Part shown: one piece after another, positions 16,089 through 29,318 of the stretch
Layout: the number at the start of each line of letters is the position of its first letter
How positions within the stretch are numbered: position 1 is the first letter of the stretch
Assembly: GCA_964016885.1 (NCBI GenBank)
Contig: OZ024741.1
Span: 341,682,001 to 341,746,000, forward strand
Direction: 5' to 3'
From: Eledone cirrhosa
Taxonomy: Eukaryota
DNA length: 64,000 nt
Notes under the pieces: model-generated
Database searches by the model: none
Told to the model about the DNA's origin: nothing
What the model saw: the letters and a program-made list of their open reading frames with translations, nothing else
Made by a program: the position numbers and the translations under genes

Positions 16089-17045
16089 ACTAGACATGAA
16101 AAATGCGCAAGCTCAAAAGTGCCACAGAATGTTATAATAAACCTTCAAAAGTGTGGGACTAGAGTTGTTGCTAAAAAATATTGTAATCATTATATATCGT
16201 ACATTCTGTGGCATCCTTTATAAAAATAGCTTAAACCAACGAAGCCTTTATTTTTACGCTATTTCACTTAGTTAATTCTTAGAGTGTAACATATAAAAAT
16301 ATCATTTACAACTATAAAATAAATTAATTAATATAATAACAGAGCTGCGGAGCTGAAATTTAGGAAATAATGGAGTATCGGATCCTGAGTTGGAGCCAGT
16401 CAATTTTTGGCCGACTCCGCAGCCCTGTATAATACATTTCATATTAAAGTTATTAATAAACCTATTTTACACTTCATGCAAATTACCACGAGATATTGAT
16501 ATTAGATATAAGATACAGCGCAATATCTACAGCTGTAAAAGTACGAAAGCGAAGTAATAATAAGTGGCTTAAGGTAATTCCAATATGAAAGTTTGTAGTG
16601 ATAAAAATTTGATAATGCAATACGATTGTTAATATTATAGTTCTATGAAAATGTAACAATAGATAACTAAATTATTTTACTATTAGTATATTTAAGAAAT
16701 TATCATTATAGATTTGATCGTTCATATAAGCATCATATTAAGTTTCAACACAATTATTTTGTTACTATGAGTATATGATAATAATATTACGTAATTATTT
16801 ATAGCTGTTATTACATTAAACATAGATGTATTTATTTTTATATGTTACACTCTAAGAATTAACTAAGTGAAATAGCGTAAAAATAAAGGCTTCGTTGGTT
16901 TAAGCTATTTTTATAAAGGATGCCACAGAATGTACGATATATAATGATTACAATATTTTTTAGCAACAACTCTAGTCCCACACTTTTGAAGGTTTATTAT
17001 AACATTCTGTGGCACTTTTGAGCTTGCGCATTTTTCATGTCTAGT
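16089..17045. mobile_element. Foldback/MITE-like element with 213-bp perfect terminal inverted repeats
   Basis: 16089-16301 is the reverse complement of 16833-17045; the interior is AT-rich and non-coding; no clear TSD. Confidence 0.85.
16340..16427. mobile_element. 88-bp hAT-like MITE nested in the foldback element
   Basis: TIRs CAGAGCTGCGGAG / CTCCGCAGCCCTG; 8-bp TSD TATAATAA / TATAATAC. Confidence 0.65.
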
Positions 17046-17599
17046 TTAATATTTTTTTAAGGCAACGCTTGTAATAACTCTAGTTAAAGAGGATATATAT
17101 TAATAATAAATTATCGTTGTAATGTAATTAGATTATGTAATTGTTATTATAAATTATCTTATAAATATTAGTGTAAGATGTATAAAAATATTTTCAGACT
17201 TTTAATATAAACAACTACAAAAAACAATCAATATTAAATCAATATATTATACATAATAGAAAACATAAAATATACAATACAAAAACAAAATATTTACATA
17301 CAATTGCAATTATCAGTGTATATACATTTTCTTTATATTCCCTGAGCAAATTAATAAGATTTGTTTTTATTGTACATAATTTGATGACTTGTTGGAGTGT
17401 ATTAAAAGATAGCAACAATTTGTGATTAAATTGTTATCTTAAGCAACTCACTTTTTAATATGTTGGCTGAGCGAAATTGTAAAAGCCTATGAGCAAATAT
17501 AAAAAAAAATACACAAACAACATTTCCTTGTGTTATTACAACATTAGATAAAATAATTGAGCAATGTCGTTATATTTTGCTCTTATTGCACATTAATAG

Positions 17600-17770
17600 T
17601 GTTTCTATTTTTCGGCACAAATCCATTACGGCAGTCCATTACTGGTACTTTATTTTATCGAATTAGTAAGTATGAAAGTCGAAGTTAACCTCGGCAGGAT
17701 TTGAACTTAGAATGCAAAGGACCATAACAATACTGCAAAGCATGGTGTCTGACGCTCTACCAATACTTGT
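17600..17770 (-). mobile_element. tRNA-derived SINE, family B
   Basis: ACTGGTACTTTATTTTATCGA...AACCTCGGCAGGATTTGAACT matches the other family B copies. Confidence 0.75.
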
Positions 17771-19886
17771 GTTGAGCTGGTCATTAATTTATGGTGGTCG
17801 TGCGTGTAGAGCAATCGCTAGTTGAAATATTATGAACAAAACATTTTTATTTGCCGAAGAACATATTTTCAATACTGTTTGTGAATGTGACGAAGGAAAT
17901 ACATTCTGATATGGAACAGTGTACAAAGTGTGTCTGTGAATAACATAATGTTACCTCATGTTGTTGTCAAGACATAATGGATTTCGTATATCCAGTTAGA
18001 AGATGAAACCTAGCCATCTCGGATTAGTTATATTTCATGCCATGTGTAAACGTGTTTGAGGATAGCAAAATATGCGCGTTAATTATAATAATTAGTTAAT
18101 AATATTACAAAATATACCTAATTAAACTCTTTGCTTGAAATTTTATCATTCTTCGTTTATATATATATATATAGAGAGAGAGAGAGTGAGAGAGATTTAT
18201 CTAGTCCTTCGCTCAAGATTAATCTATAAGTTTAGATGTTTGCCTTCGTTTAAGTAAATATTACAGTAAGATTTTTAATATAAACAACTACAAAAAACAA
18301 TTAATATTAAAACGAAAAAATTATCAATGATAAAAGAAGCGGATGCAACTTTTTTTTTTATAAAGTTATATTCCTGTTTCTTTAAAGAACATTTCATTTT
18401 TGTTCTATTGTAGGCGAAATAATGCAATGGTTTAATAGGGAAGATATAACTTACGAATTATGTCTCTAACCGTGTAACGCTTTTTAAGTAGATAACTACA
18501 ATTGAAAATACTAAAGAAATGGAACCAACAATTCAATTTGAAAGTCGTCTAGTGACAGTGTATTACTGGTACTATATTTTATCGACCCCGTAACGATGAA
18601 GGGCAAAAATGCAAATGCTTAAAATTTAAATTGCCTTAATTCTATCGTCTGCTGTTTCATTAAAGGGAGATTATCGTCTGTATTTAATTCTATCGTCTAC
18701 TGTTCCACTAAACAGATATACCTCCACTATCGTCTCTATTTATACATTTTAACTTATAACTTATACACATTTGATTTGAAATATTTTATCTAGTCCCCCC
18801 TCTCAATATTATGATGATTTCTTTCGAATGAAACAGTTCTAGTCCTGTAGAAACCATTTATATATATAATTGAACTGAGTTAAAAATTCACAATATTTAT
18901 AATTAAATAAGCTCATATATATATGTGTGTATTTATCTGTTTATTGTATTATATATAATGTGTGTATATACAGGATGTCCCCCCAAAATATATACACACT
19001 TCAACAGCATTCTAATAACTATTGCCTGTACAGGTAATCAAAGTGTCAATCGAATGTTAGTTTCGTGTTTTAACAGTACAAATTTACAATACACACATAA
19101 AACCAGTGTATATACATACATGAGTGTGTATACACATACATGAATGTGTATATACAATATATATGTATATATATATAGACACATATATTCACGGTGCAAC
19201 GGTACATTAAAATATAGATGCGGGAGAGGGGGGGTGTATATATAGGGGCGCTGGGGATAAAGGAGTGTAAAGCGTGTGTAATTGATATATTGAAGGAGAG
19301 GAGCGTGCAGCGATAGAGTAACAAATATATAGAGAGGGGGAGAGATGGTATTGAAGGGGAGGAGTGCAAAGCGAAAGAGTAAGAGATATATATAGAGACG
19401 GAACAGATAGAGAGAAACAGGCGTAAGTAACAGTGGAAGAGATATAGAGAGAGGTACTCTGATTGGTTGAAAATTAGCCAATGACATACGATCACCACCA
19501 CCACGGCTATCCCCGAAAAATTTTTTAAGAAGCTACGCATATATGTTAGAACACGAAAAGTGAATATTCTGTTGTTTCACACTTTTCGTGTTCTAACAGA
19601 TATATATATATATACATACGCACATACATACATATATATGATATGCAAAGACTAACAAATAGATAGATATATTTCATTATTTACCATAAAGGCATAAAAA
19701 GAAGGGACAAATACAAAGGGGGAGTTTACATACAATCGAGTAAAAAGGGTATAAAATGAAAATAATCAAAAATAACCTCAAAAGGGAGGGGACGTGATGG
19801 GGGTTGCACACACCCCCGAAAAAGTGTGCAATCCTTTGCCCGGGGAGCACATGGAGAAGGTGCTCCCCTCTCCTTTACTTCTTTAC

Positions 19887-22800
19887 CTACAGGATGGTAT
19901 ACAGAGAAGGCCCATTTACACGAGCCATCCTCGCCACTATCACCCACCTTTCATAAAACTGCCTGTGGCCAAGCACCTCTCTCTCCATTCTTATCCTTCT
20001 TCCGAAGTGATATCGGAAGAAGTAGACCAGACTATGGCCAGAGAGGAAGTTGCCTGACCTCAGACCTTTCAATCGTGTCCACCAAACAACCTCTTTCAAC
20101 ATGGCTATTACGCACAGAAAAACCGCCTTTGCTTCCTTTGTGAAGAGGGGAGGCGGTTTGATTGTCATCACGGACTCGGCGGTCAATTGAATCGGCGCCA
20201 CCCGCGACAGCAGTCGTTCGGCGTAGCCCCACAGATCAGCCACGCCCGGACATTGCACCAATGCGTGCGCAACGGTTTCTTCGTGACGCACGCATCTAGG
20301 GCAAATCTTTTTTGAGGGATCCCTGCCCGGGCGCCCGTGTCTGTAGAGCCTCTCTCGAACGGGTAGAGCCCCCCGGTAGCACTGCCAGGCTAGTGACTCC
20401 TGGAAGTTGTCCATTGGTCCCGGGCCGAAAGTCCTACCGAACAGGCTGGCCAGTTCGTCTTCTTCCATGTCCAGCGACTCTCCAAGGGTGTCATCGCCCC
20501 TGCTAGCCACCAGCCCTCTATAGAATGATGAGGTGGATTCTCCACCGATGGCCTGGCCCGCTTGCCAGAGATCCCTGAGCGTCTGAGCACACTCAGTGTG
20601 CCAGTCTCCCAGTTTTCCGGATCTTTGCTTGACCCAGGACTGTAGCTCGGTGAGCGAGACGAGTCTCGGAAAGGCTCGTTTCACGAACGGAGCCCACACC
20701 GGTTGACCAGTGAGGAATACCTGTAGGTGCCGTAGCCTTAATGCGTGCCTACGCATCATCAACCACGGCATCCCCAGCCCTCCTTTCGAAGGTTGTTGGC
20801 AGCAGATGGATCTTCTCACCATAGGAGGGTGCTTCTTCCAAAGAAATTGGAAGAGCATGCGTTCCATGGTGGTGAGTGTTTCCTTAGGGCAAGGCACGAC
20901 AGTCAGGCGGTAGTAAGTGACGGACGCTATGTAAATGTTCGCCACCTCCGCCCGGCCTTTTAGGGACAGCTTACACTTGGCCCATTTCTGGGTCAGTGCA
21001 AACACCTTGTTCGTAACCTCGTTCCAGTTCTTTTCCACCTGGAGGTCCGGTCCAAACCAGACCCCAAGCAACTTTACCGGGCCCTCCGTCCAGTGTCCGA
21101 CGACACCGTCGGGAGGCATCGGTCTGCCTCTCCACGTTCCGAGTTACAGCCCGATGGATTTTTCCCGGTTCAGTTTCGCTCCTGACAACCTTTCGTAATC
21201 CTCCAGTAAGGTACCGATCGCCTCGATCTCCGAGTCGGTCGATACCATTACTGTTACGTCATCGGCGTAGGCCGACACCGCTTTGCTCAATCCTGGTTCC
21301 AGGGGGATACCCTGCAACAACTCCAACTTCCTCAGTAAAGGCTCGAGAGTCAATACGTACAGAAGGGAGGAGAGAGGGCACCCCTGTCGAATGGATCGTG
21401 TGATTTCGAACGGCTTCGAAAGGTAGCCGTTCACCTTGATCCTAGAACAGATGTGGTTGCTATGTAAGGCAGTGATCCAGCCTCTGAAAACAGGACCGAA
21501 CCCAGCCGCCGCTAGCACCGCATCCAGGTAACCATGGTCGACCCTATCGAAGGCCTTAGACTGATCCAAGTTGATCAGGGCCCCACCGAAGCCGGGTTTG
21601 TTGCCAACCCTCTCTATGATGTATCGCATGAGGTGGAGGTTATCGTGAATGGACCTGGATGGGATAGCACATGTCTGCGCATCTCCCACCAGGCCACCCA
21701 CGACAAGCGCCAACCTCTTTGCTAACACCTTGGCCAAAATCTTTAACTCTGTGTTTAGCAGGGTTATGGGCCCAAAATTATTTATACTATCTCCCTTGTT
21801 CTCGTCCTTCCTCACCAGCGTGACTACGCCCTTGGCTACAGAACAAGGAATTCTCCCGTTCTGCTGCCAATTGCAGTAGACCGCTTCGAGGAGTTCGGAG
21901 AAGAAGAACGGCATTGCTAAATAAAGTTCGTAAGGTATACCATCGAGACCTGGAGATTTGCGTCTGCTGCATTGGCTCAGCGCATCTCCGATCTCATCAG
22001 CCGAGATTAGTCCCTCGCAGGACTCTGCCTCTTCGCTCGAGAGACGCGGCAGGCCGTCGAGGTATGGACCGAAATCCACGCCCCCGCCCGGACCCTCGCC
22101 TCCCCCGAACAATCGGGCAAAGTGCCTTTGAAAGGCCTCGCACATCTGCTTAGGCTCCCGGATCACCCGTCCATCTTCGTCTTGCAACGACCGGATGGTG
22201 GATCGATTTCCACTCTTAGCTTCTGTCACGCGGGCCCAGCCAACGGCTTTGGCCCCCTCATTACCTAGAGCACGTATTTTACTTCGAATGACGCAGCCTT
22301 CGTGCTTTGCATCGAAAAACTGGTTCAGGGCCGTCCTCGATGCCAGCACTCTGGCCACATCTTCGCTCTTGATTGCCTCTTCTAATTTACCTGTTAATTC
22401 TTTCTCGTTTCTATTCCTATCGGCAGCTAACATCTTGCTATAACTTATTGATTCTGTTCTAATCTCTCTTTTGAGAGATGCCCACCATCGGTTGTTGACG
22501 ATTGCACCCGTCAACCTCTCCTTAGCTAATCTGCTAATCCGGTTTCTGTAAGTCTCTTTTGCCGGTAAAGACAAATTAAGTTTCCAGTAACCGGGACCCT
22601 GTTTATGTGTTTTCTCGATATTGACTACGCAGGTCACTAATTTGTGATCCGTGTAGCCAACCGTGCGCATTTCTGGACAGCTTAATATGTCCCTATCCTT
22701 ACTTCTAACTAAGAATCTATCTAAGTACGATCTAGATTGACCACTGTGGTTTCTCCAAGTCCAGGTAGGCACAGTTGGAAAATCTAGTCGATATCTATCG

Positions 22801-23324
22801 ACCAAGTTAAAACGGTCGAGTAACCCCTTGAGGCTGTTACACCCCCCTCTATTAGGACATGCTCCTGCATAGTCCCAACGTGCATCTAGGATGTCATTCC
22901 AATCCCCCGCTAGAAGCAGGGAACGCGACGTTCCCAGAAAAGTCTCCAAACGCTGGAAGAAGTCGGGCCGTTCAGCTCCGAAAGGGGAGTAGACGGCGAC
23001 CAGTCTCAAGGCCGCACCTTCACTACTGCCAACGTCTAGCACCAACAAACGACCCCCCGGGTCCGAGTGCACAACCTGTACGGCAAGACCCAGGTGTTTT
23101 TGCAGCAGTACGACAACCCCACCCCCACCTCCAGGTTGACAGAGAGATGCATGCACCTCAAAGTCATCGAAGGTAGGGGCCAGCTGCCGCACGACGCTGA
23201 TCCGAGTCTCACAGATAACCATTACATTTATACCACATGACCTGAGGTCATTTAGAAGCTTTGCTTGCTTCCAAGTTGAGCCCAGGCCACGTGCATTCAA
23301 ACATCCTACTCTTAACACATCCAT
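19887..23324 (-). pseudogene. Tx1-like ORF2 (APE endonuclease + RT + CCHC), one premature stop
   Basis: Motifs LNARGL, GDWN, SYLDRF, TDHK, KSPGLDG, DQSKAFDRV, IRQGCPLS, AYADD, CPRC...ETVAHALVQC. The 726-aa and 410-aa ORFs are in frame across a single TAA at 21144-21146 (CAA in copy C). Confidence 0.92.
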
Positions 23325-23357
23325 GTGGGCGGCAGAGCCAAAGGAGAGTTTAGAGAC

Positions 23358-25258
23358 CTACCTTTCCGCTTCCCGGGGTTCGGGTCGCACGACTTCCATG
23401 GGGTCGGGGGTGTTGGGTGAAGGGGTGTCTTGTGGTGGTGTGGGGTCGTCAGTGTGTGGTGGGGTTGGGGTGTTTGGAGTTGTGTTGGGGAGGGGAGCGG
23501 GAGGGGGAAAGCTTTTTAGTAGGACGCGGTTTATGGGTTTGACAGAGGGTGGTCCTACGTCCTCCTTAAAATCCTTTTTTAGTTTTTGGTAGAGGTTCAT
23601 TGGGATCTTTATTAATTTTAAATGTGGGTAGTTTTCTGAAGAAACAAAGTTTACACCTTCGGTTTGTACCGAAGGATTATTGTATATGAGTTCATTTAAT
23701 TTATTATTGTTTCTGTTGATGTAAGTATAGTGTAATGTCTTTTTTTCGGATGGTGTGAGTGTTTCAAAGAGGGGAGGGGCAGGTTTGGTTTTGTTTGTTG
23801 CTGGAGGGGTGTTTTCTGTTTTGTTGGATTGTGTTGACATTTGGGTGGGGGTTGTTTGGCCTTGTGTGTTTTGCACATGTTTTCTTTTTTTCCTTTTAAT
23901 CTGTCTGAAGGACTCCGTTTCTTCCTCCGAATTCGTTGGGTTATCTTCAGTGTTGGAGGGAAGAGGTATGTTTGCTGGTAATGTTTCCGTGTTGGTTTTC
24001 TTTGTGGGGGAGATGGATGTCACTATGTTAGACTGTGTTGTGTCTGCGGTGGTTGTGTTGTTTTATTGAGTGAGGGGTTGGGTGGGCCTGTATTTTGTTT
24101 TGGGGTAATGTGTTGTGACTGTTTGTGTTGTGGTGGTGGTGTAGTTTTACTGAGAGACGGGTTGGGTGGGACTGAGTTTTGTTGTTTGTTTATCTGTTGT
24201 GGTGGTGGTGGTGGTGGAGCTGGTATTGGTAGCAGGGTTTTCTTTTTGTTGAGTTGGGGACAAGCGGCCTTCAGGTGCCCTCTGCCTGCACAGATATGAC
24301 AGGACGGCCTTCTCCCCTCCACGCTAATGTTTATATACCCGTGGCCCTCTAATAGGATTCTGTCGGGTATTTGGGCGATGCGTTCAGGCTTCATTTGCAC
24401 TACCAGCTCTATACCTGTTCCACTGAACGCATTGCCTGTGGTTTTCCCAATGGAAATCACGTTGTCATTCACTGGATCGATGAAGCCAGCTATGAGCCAG
24501 CAGTAGTCCACATCTGGCATCATTGCATCCAGCCATATGCGTTGAGTTCTTTTACCCATATAAGATGGATAAAAGGTAAACATTTTCGAACGAATCGGTG
24601 ACAAAGCACATTTTTTTGCCGCCGATTCGTTCTTCATAATAATTGCTAGGCTTCCATACAGTCTGTCTTTTCTTATGAAAGTGGTTTCATTAAGTACTTC
24701 TGTGAGTACTGTTTTGATATCTGCTTGAGTTGGCTGTTCAGGTTTTTTTGAAGTGTTGTTGATGGTGCGGAACACGACCGTTCGACTTTCAATGTCTTTG
24801 GTGAGTTCTTGAGGCATTTTTACCGATAAAATACCATTCTCTCCTTCACTTATGTATTGTTTGGCGTCTGTGATTCTTCGTGCCACACCTGAAATATTTT
24901 CAGGTATATATGTCAAAGATTTCTTTGTTGTTTGTGCAAATTAAATCTTGTTGACTTTGTCGTCTGCTTTGCTTTCTGTTATGATGTTGTTTTCAAATGT
25001 TATTTTTGTGTTTGCTGTGTCTTTGTTTGTGGTATTAATATTGTCATGCAATTTTTCAAATTTTTTTTTTTCGTTGTTGGAATCCATGTCCAGATTTGTG
25101 TTTTCGTCATTTTTCTCCGCAGATTCGTCTGTTTTAATTTTATTTTTTCCTTCATTCTCTATGACGTTAGTTGGGAAGGAAGGGGGAACTAAAGCGTGCG
25201 AGCTTACAACTCTTACCGCTGTCCCCCCACCACTATTTTCGTTCGCTTTGTTTAACAT
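23358..25258 (-). pseudogene. Tx1-like ORF1 with CCHC zinc knuckle
   Basis: CHICAGRGHLKAAC; in-frame stop at 24941-24943 and a frameshift near 24050; Pro/Thr-rich C-terminal part. Confidence 0.8.
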
Positions 25259-25601
25259 TTCTGTCAGACGATTGAAATTTTTTTTGCCACAAAATTTAAA
25301 AAAACAGGTTTTTCACCTCTAGGGGGGGGTAAAGATGAGCTGACCCACCGCCTGACAGTTTAGACGGAGGGTCAAGCTACACAATAGTATCAAAATTAAA
25401 TTTGAACTTACAAAATTTCCGCAATAAATTTGAACAAAACTTCTGCGCGAAGTGAATTACATCCACACTGTAGAACAGACGACAGCTAGATTCGACTAAC
25501 AAATAGATAGATAGATAGATAGGCAGATAGATAGATAGCTAGACAGATAGACAGACAGACAGATAGATAGATATATTTCTTTATTTGCTATAAGGGCACT
25601 G

Positions 25602-25790
25602 AGTTTCTACTTTTAGCACAAGGCCAGCGATTATCCAGTGCATTACTGGTACTTTATTTTATCAACCCTGTAAGGATGAAAGGCAAAGTTAACTTCGACG
25701 GGATTTGAACTCAGAAAGCAAAGGGCCATAACTCTATGCTGCAAAGCATGGTATTTGATGCTCTACCGATATTGCTAAACCACCACCCTA
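25602..25790 (-). mobile_element. tRNA-derived SINE, family B
   Basis: Box B GAGTTCAAATCCC on the minus strand plus the shared core; it interrupts a short Tx1 3' end at ~25572-25600. Confidence 0.8.
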
Positions 25791-25834
25791 GATAGATTGA
25801 TAGACAAACATATAAAGCTAGAGATAAATAGGTA

Positions 25835-26117
25835 GATATCTTTCTTTATTTGCCACAAGGGTGTACAAAAGTGGGACATTACAAGACATGACAGCGGGGG
25901 TTTTACATAAAAATCATATAACTTTAACATTAATAAATAACAATACACTATATATAATAAAATAACAATTGGAGTCCCCAATAGGGGGGGGGGCGTTACT
26001 GCAGGGTTGTTTTACACCCCGTGGATAGAACAACCCTCAACACCAGGAACACGCTTTGTAGGTGTTCCCGTCTTCCCTCTTTTTATCTTCCTCAACCTAC
26101 AGGTTTATATACAGAGA
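25835..26117 (-). mobile_element. Tx1-like 3' fragment (copy B subfamily)
   Basis: Highly similar to 43932-44267; its 5' junction runs into GATA-type repeats. Confidence 0.85.
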
Positions 26118-26202
26118 AAGATAGATACAGAGAGAGATAGATATACAGAGAAAGATAGATATACAGAGAAAGATAGATATACAGAGAAAGATAGATATAC
26201 AG

Positions 26203-26257
<55 letters not shown>

Positions 26258-26259
<2 letters not shown>

Positions 26260-26333
26260 TGTTTCTTTATTAGCCACAGGGGCACAAAAGAAGGGGACAA
26301 TTACAAAGGGGGGAGTTTACATACAATAAAAAC
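26258..26333 (-). mobile_element. Tx1-like extreme 3' fragment (copy A subfamily)
   Basis: Matches the 19670-19745 3' UTR and is flanked by (GATA)n on both sides. Confidence 0.8.
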
Positions 26334-26365
<32 letters not shown>

Positions 26366-26559
26366 TATAGATATGTTTATAGATAAATAGTGAAATAGAC
26401 AAGCAGATGAAGCTAGATGAGATATTGAGATAGTATGCTAATTTAGAAGCTGTATTGTTATATATAGTCTATTTAATCCAATATAGTTCATACATGAAAA
26501 CCTCTTCACTAGAGTAGAACTGAAATACACATTGATCTGATCTATACACATTGATGTAT

Positions 26560-27005
26560 GTCTTCTGTGTGTATATGTATGTGTGTGTGTGTGTGCCTGT
26601 ATGTGTACGTGTGGCTGTGTGTATGTGTGTATGTATGTGTGTGTGTGCATGTGTATATGTGTGTGTCTCTGTGTGTGTCTGTGTATAACTGAAATAAGCA
26701 TTGATCTCATTTATGTACATTGATGTATGGCCTGTGTGTGTATATGTATGTGTGTGTGTGCGCCTGTATGTGTGTGTGTACGCGTGCCTGTATGTGTATG
26801 CATGTGTGTGTGCGTGCATGCATGTGTATATGCGTGCGCGTGTGTGTGTGTGTGTAAAACTGAAATACACGATCTCATTTATGTACATTGATGTATGGCC
26901 TCTGTGTGTATGTGTCTGCGCGTGCCTGTGTGTATGTAAGTATGTATATGTGTGTGTGTGCGTGCCTGTGTGTATGTGTGTGTGTATGTGTGTGTGTTTG
27001 TGTAC

Positions 27006-27052
<47 letters not shown>

Positions 27053-27620
27053 TGTGTGTTTGTGTACCTCTGTGTGTGTGTATAGAACTGAAATACACAA
27101 TGATGTCAATTATGAACATTGAAGTCTGTGTATGTGTGTGTATGCGTATGTATGTGTGTGTGTGTGTATGTGTGTGTGTATGTATGTGTGTGTATGCGTA
27201 TGTATGTGTGGGTATGTGTGTGTATGCGTATGTATGCGTGTGTATGTGTGTATGTATGTGTATGTATGTGTGCGTATGTGTGTGTATATGTGTGTATGTG
27301 TGTGTATGTATGTGTGTATGTGCGTGTATGTGTGTGTATGTGCGTGTATGTGTGTGTATGTGCATGTATGTGCGTGTATGTGTGTGTATGTGTGTGTATG
27401 TGTGTATGTGTGTGTATGTATGTGTATGTGTGTGTATGTGTGTGTATGTCTGTGTATGTGTGTGTGTATGTATGTATGTGTGTATGTGTGTATGTGTATG
27501 TATGTGTGTGTATGTGTGTGTGTGTATGTGTGTGTGTATGTGTGCAGGTTTGTTTGTGTATGAGGGTGTTGCGTATATGTGTGTCAGAGAGTCTATGTGT
27601 ATCAGTGTAAGTGTGTGTGT
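26560..27620. repeat. GT/GTAT-rich compound repeat
   Basis: Read directly from the sequence. Confidence 0.92.
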
Positions 27621-27796
27621 GGGGATATGGTTTATTGTATTTCAACTTTTGTCCAACATTACCATACATGGATAAACTCAAATTAAAACCAAACATGATA
27701 ATGATGATGATGATGCTGTTGTTGTTGTTGTTGTTGTTGTGTGTTCGTTAATACATATCATCATCGTTTAACGTCCACTTTACACGCTAGCATGGG

Positions 27797-27834
<38 letters not shown>

Positions 27835-28015
27835 GTCTCTCTGTGTGTTTGTGTGCATAAATGTATATAAAATATATAAAAATATAATATATATAAATAT
27901 AAAATATATATATATAAAATATATAAATATATATATAAATATAAAATATATATATATAAAATATATAAATATATATATAAAAAATATTTAAATATATATG
28001 TAAAATATATATGCA

Positions 28016-28270
28016 AAAGTTCTATTTAAATTGTTGGGATACAACAAGCAAATATTTTTATAACTGATATAAAGCACTCAACAAATAATTGGAGTGAAAC
28101 AACAGTAATGGTTGCATTCTTTAAGGGTATGTCAATATTTATTTATAAAACTGCTCTATATTATATTTTATCTGATGAAAGCACACCATAATTTAACTTG
28201 GTGTCCTTGAAATATGTATAATGAAATAAATATGGTTTTATAAATATAGTTTCTGTTTGTCAATATCGTT
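28016..28270 (+). mobile_element. HHR-bearing repeat family 3 (retrozyme-like), copy 1
   Basis: Homologous to 30301-30685; lies in (TA)-rich DNA; contains the HHR below. Confidence 0.75.
28164..28228 (+). ncRNA. Type I hammerhead ribozyme (family 3), intact core
   Basis: Stem I TATTTTAT/ATGAAATA; core CTGATGA; stem II AAG-CACACCA...TGGTGTC-CTT; GAAA; stem III TATGTA; AUA triplet with cleavage predicted after 28220. Helix I extends via TATTTATAAAAC/GTTTTATAAATA. Confidence 0.75.
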
Positions 28271-28277
28271 ATATAAA

Positions 28278-28309
<32 letters not shown>

Positions 28310-28668
28310 TATATGTATATATAAAATATATATATAAAATATATATATGTATATATAAAATATATATATATAAATTCTCTATATATATATATATATCTTG
28401 GCTGTGTCTCACAAGACACTTTTAATATATATATATCTATTCTCGATCGACTTTCGTCGAATCGGACCGAGGAAATAATGTTTCCGTTGGTCTTTCCAAT
28501 TGCTAATACTATTTATTGGTCGCAAGTCCAGGTAGAAGGAACAACGTGATACATATATATATATTTATATATATATATTTTATATATATATATTTTATAT
28601 ATATATATAATTTATACATATGTATATATATTATAAATAAATATAAAATATATCTATATATATATAAA

Positions 28669-28700
<32 letters not shown>

Positions 28701-28984
28701 TACATATATATATATATAAAATATATATATATTAAATACATATATATGTATGATGCAATATATATATATATATATATAAAACACAATTAGATGAGCTTGA
28801 TTTCTATATTTTATTCATATCACATATGTATATATTTTTTACATGTTTTGGATACTAAAGAATTAACTGTAGAACTCTGTTCTATTACATATATAACAAT
28901 ACCAACTTTAACATGTTCTTGGCTGTGTCTCACAAGACACTTTTAATATATATATATATACATACATTATATACAAAAATATGT

Positions 28985-29318
28985 GGAGGCACATGGCTTA
29001 GTGGTTAGAGCATTGGCCTTGCAATCGAAAGGTTGTGAGTTCAAATTTCTGACCGGGTGATGTGCTGTTTCCTTGAGCAAGACACTTTATTTCACATTGC
29101 TCCAGTTTACTCAGCTGTAGAAATGAAATGATAGGACTGGGGTACCTATCATTCCACTGCAAAGTGGTCGTGGAGGTGCCATGGCAAAAAAGCACCCAGC
29201 ACTCACTGTAAATGAGATTGGTGTTAGGAAGGGCATCCAGCTGAAGAAATCAAGCCAGAATCAGTTCCCATCCCACCCTTGCAAGCAGGGAAAAACGGAC
29301 GTAAAATGATGATGATGA
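28985..29318 (+). mobile_element. tRNA-derived SINE, family A (RTE-like tail)
   Basis: Box A TGGCTTAGTGG, box B GAGTTCAAATT, core TCCTTGAGCAAGACACTT, tail GTTAGGAAGGGCATCCAGC...(GAT)n. Confidence 0.88.

Larger units (their letters stand above)
19670..25493 (-). mobile_element. Near full-length Tx1-like (L1 clade) non-LTR retrotransposon, copy A
   Basis: ORF1 + ORF2 architecture, (TATC)n 3' end, and a direct repeat GACTAACAAATAGATAGATA at 19650-19669 and 25494-25513 (TSD). Confidence 0.93.

Noticed and set aside
19726-24601. Numerous plus-strand ORFs overlapping Tx1 copies (also at 44-52 kb)
   Set aside because: Antisense shadows of GC-rich retrotransposon coding sequence.
28985-29060. tRNA gene candidate (also at 42978 and 30235)
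   Set aside because: The box A/B head continues into a SINE core and tail, and there is no complete cloverleaf acceptor stem.
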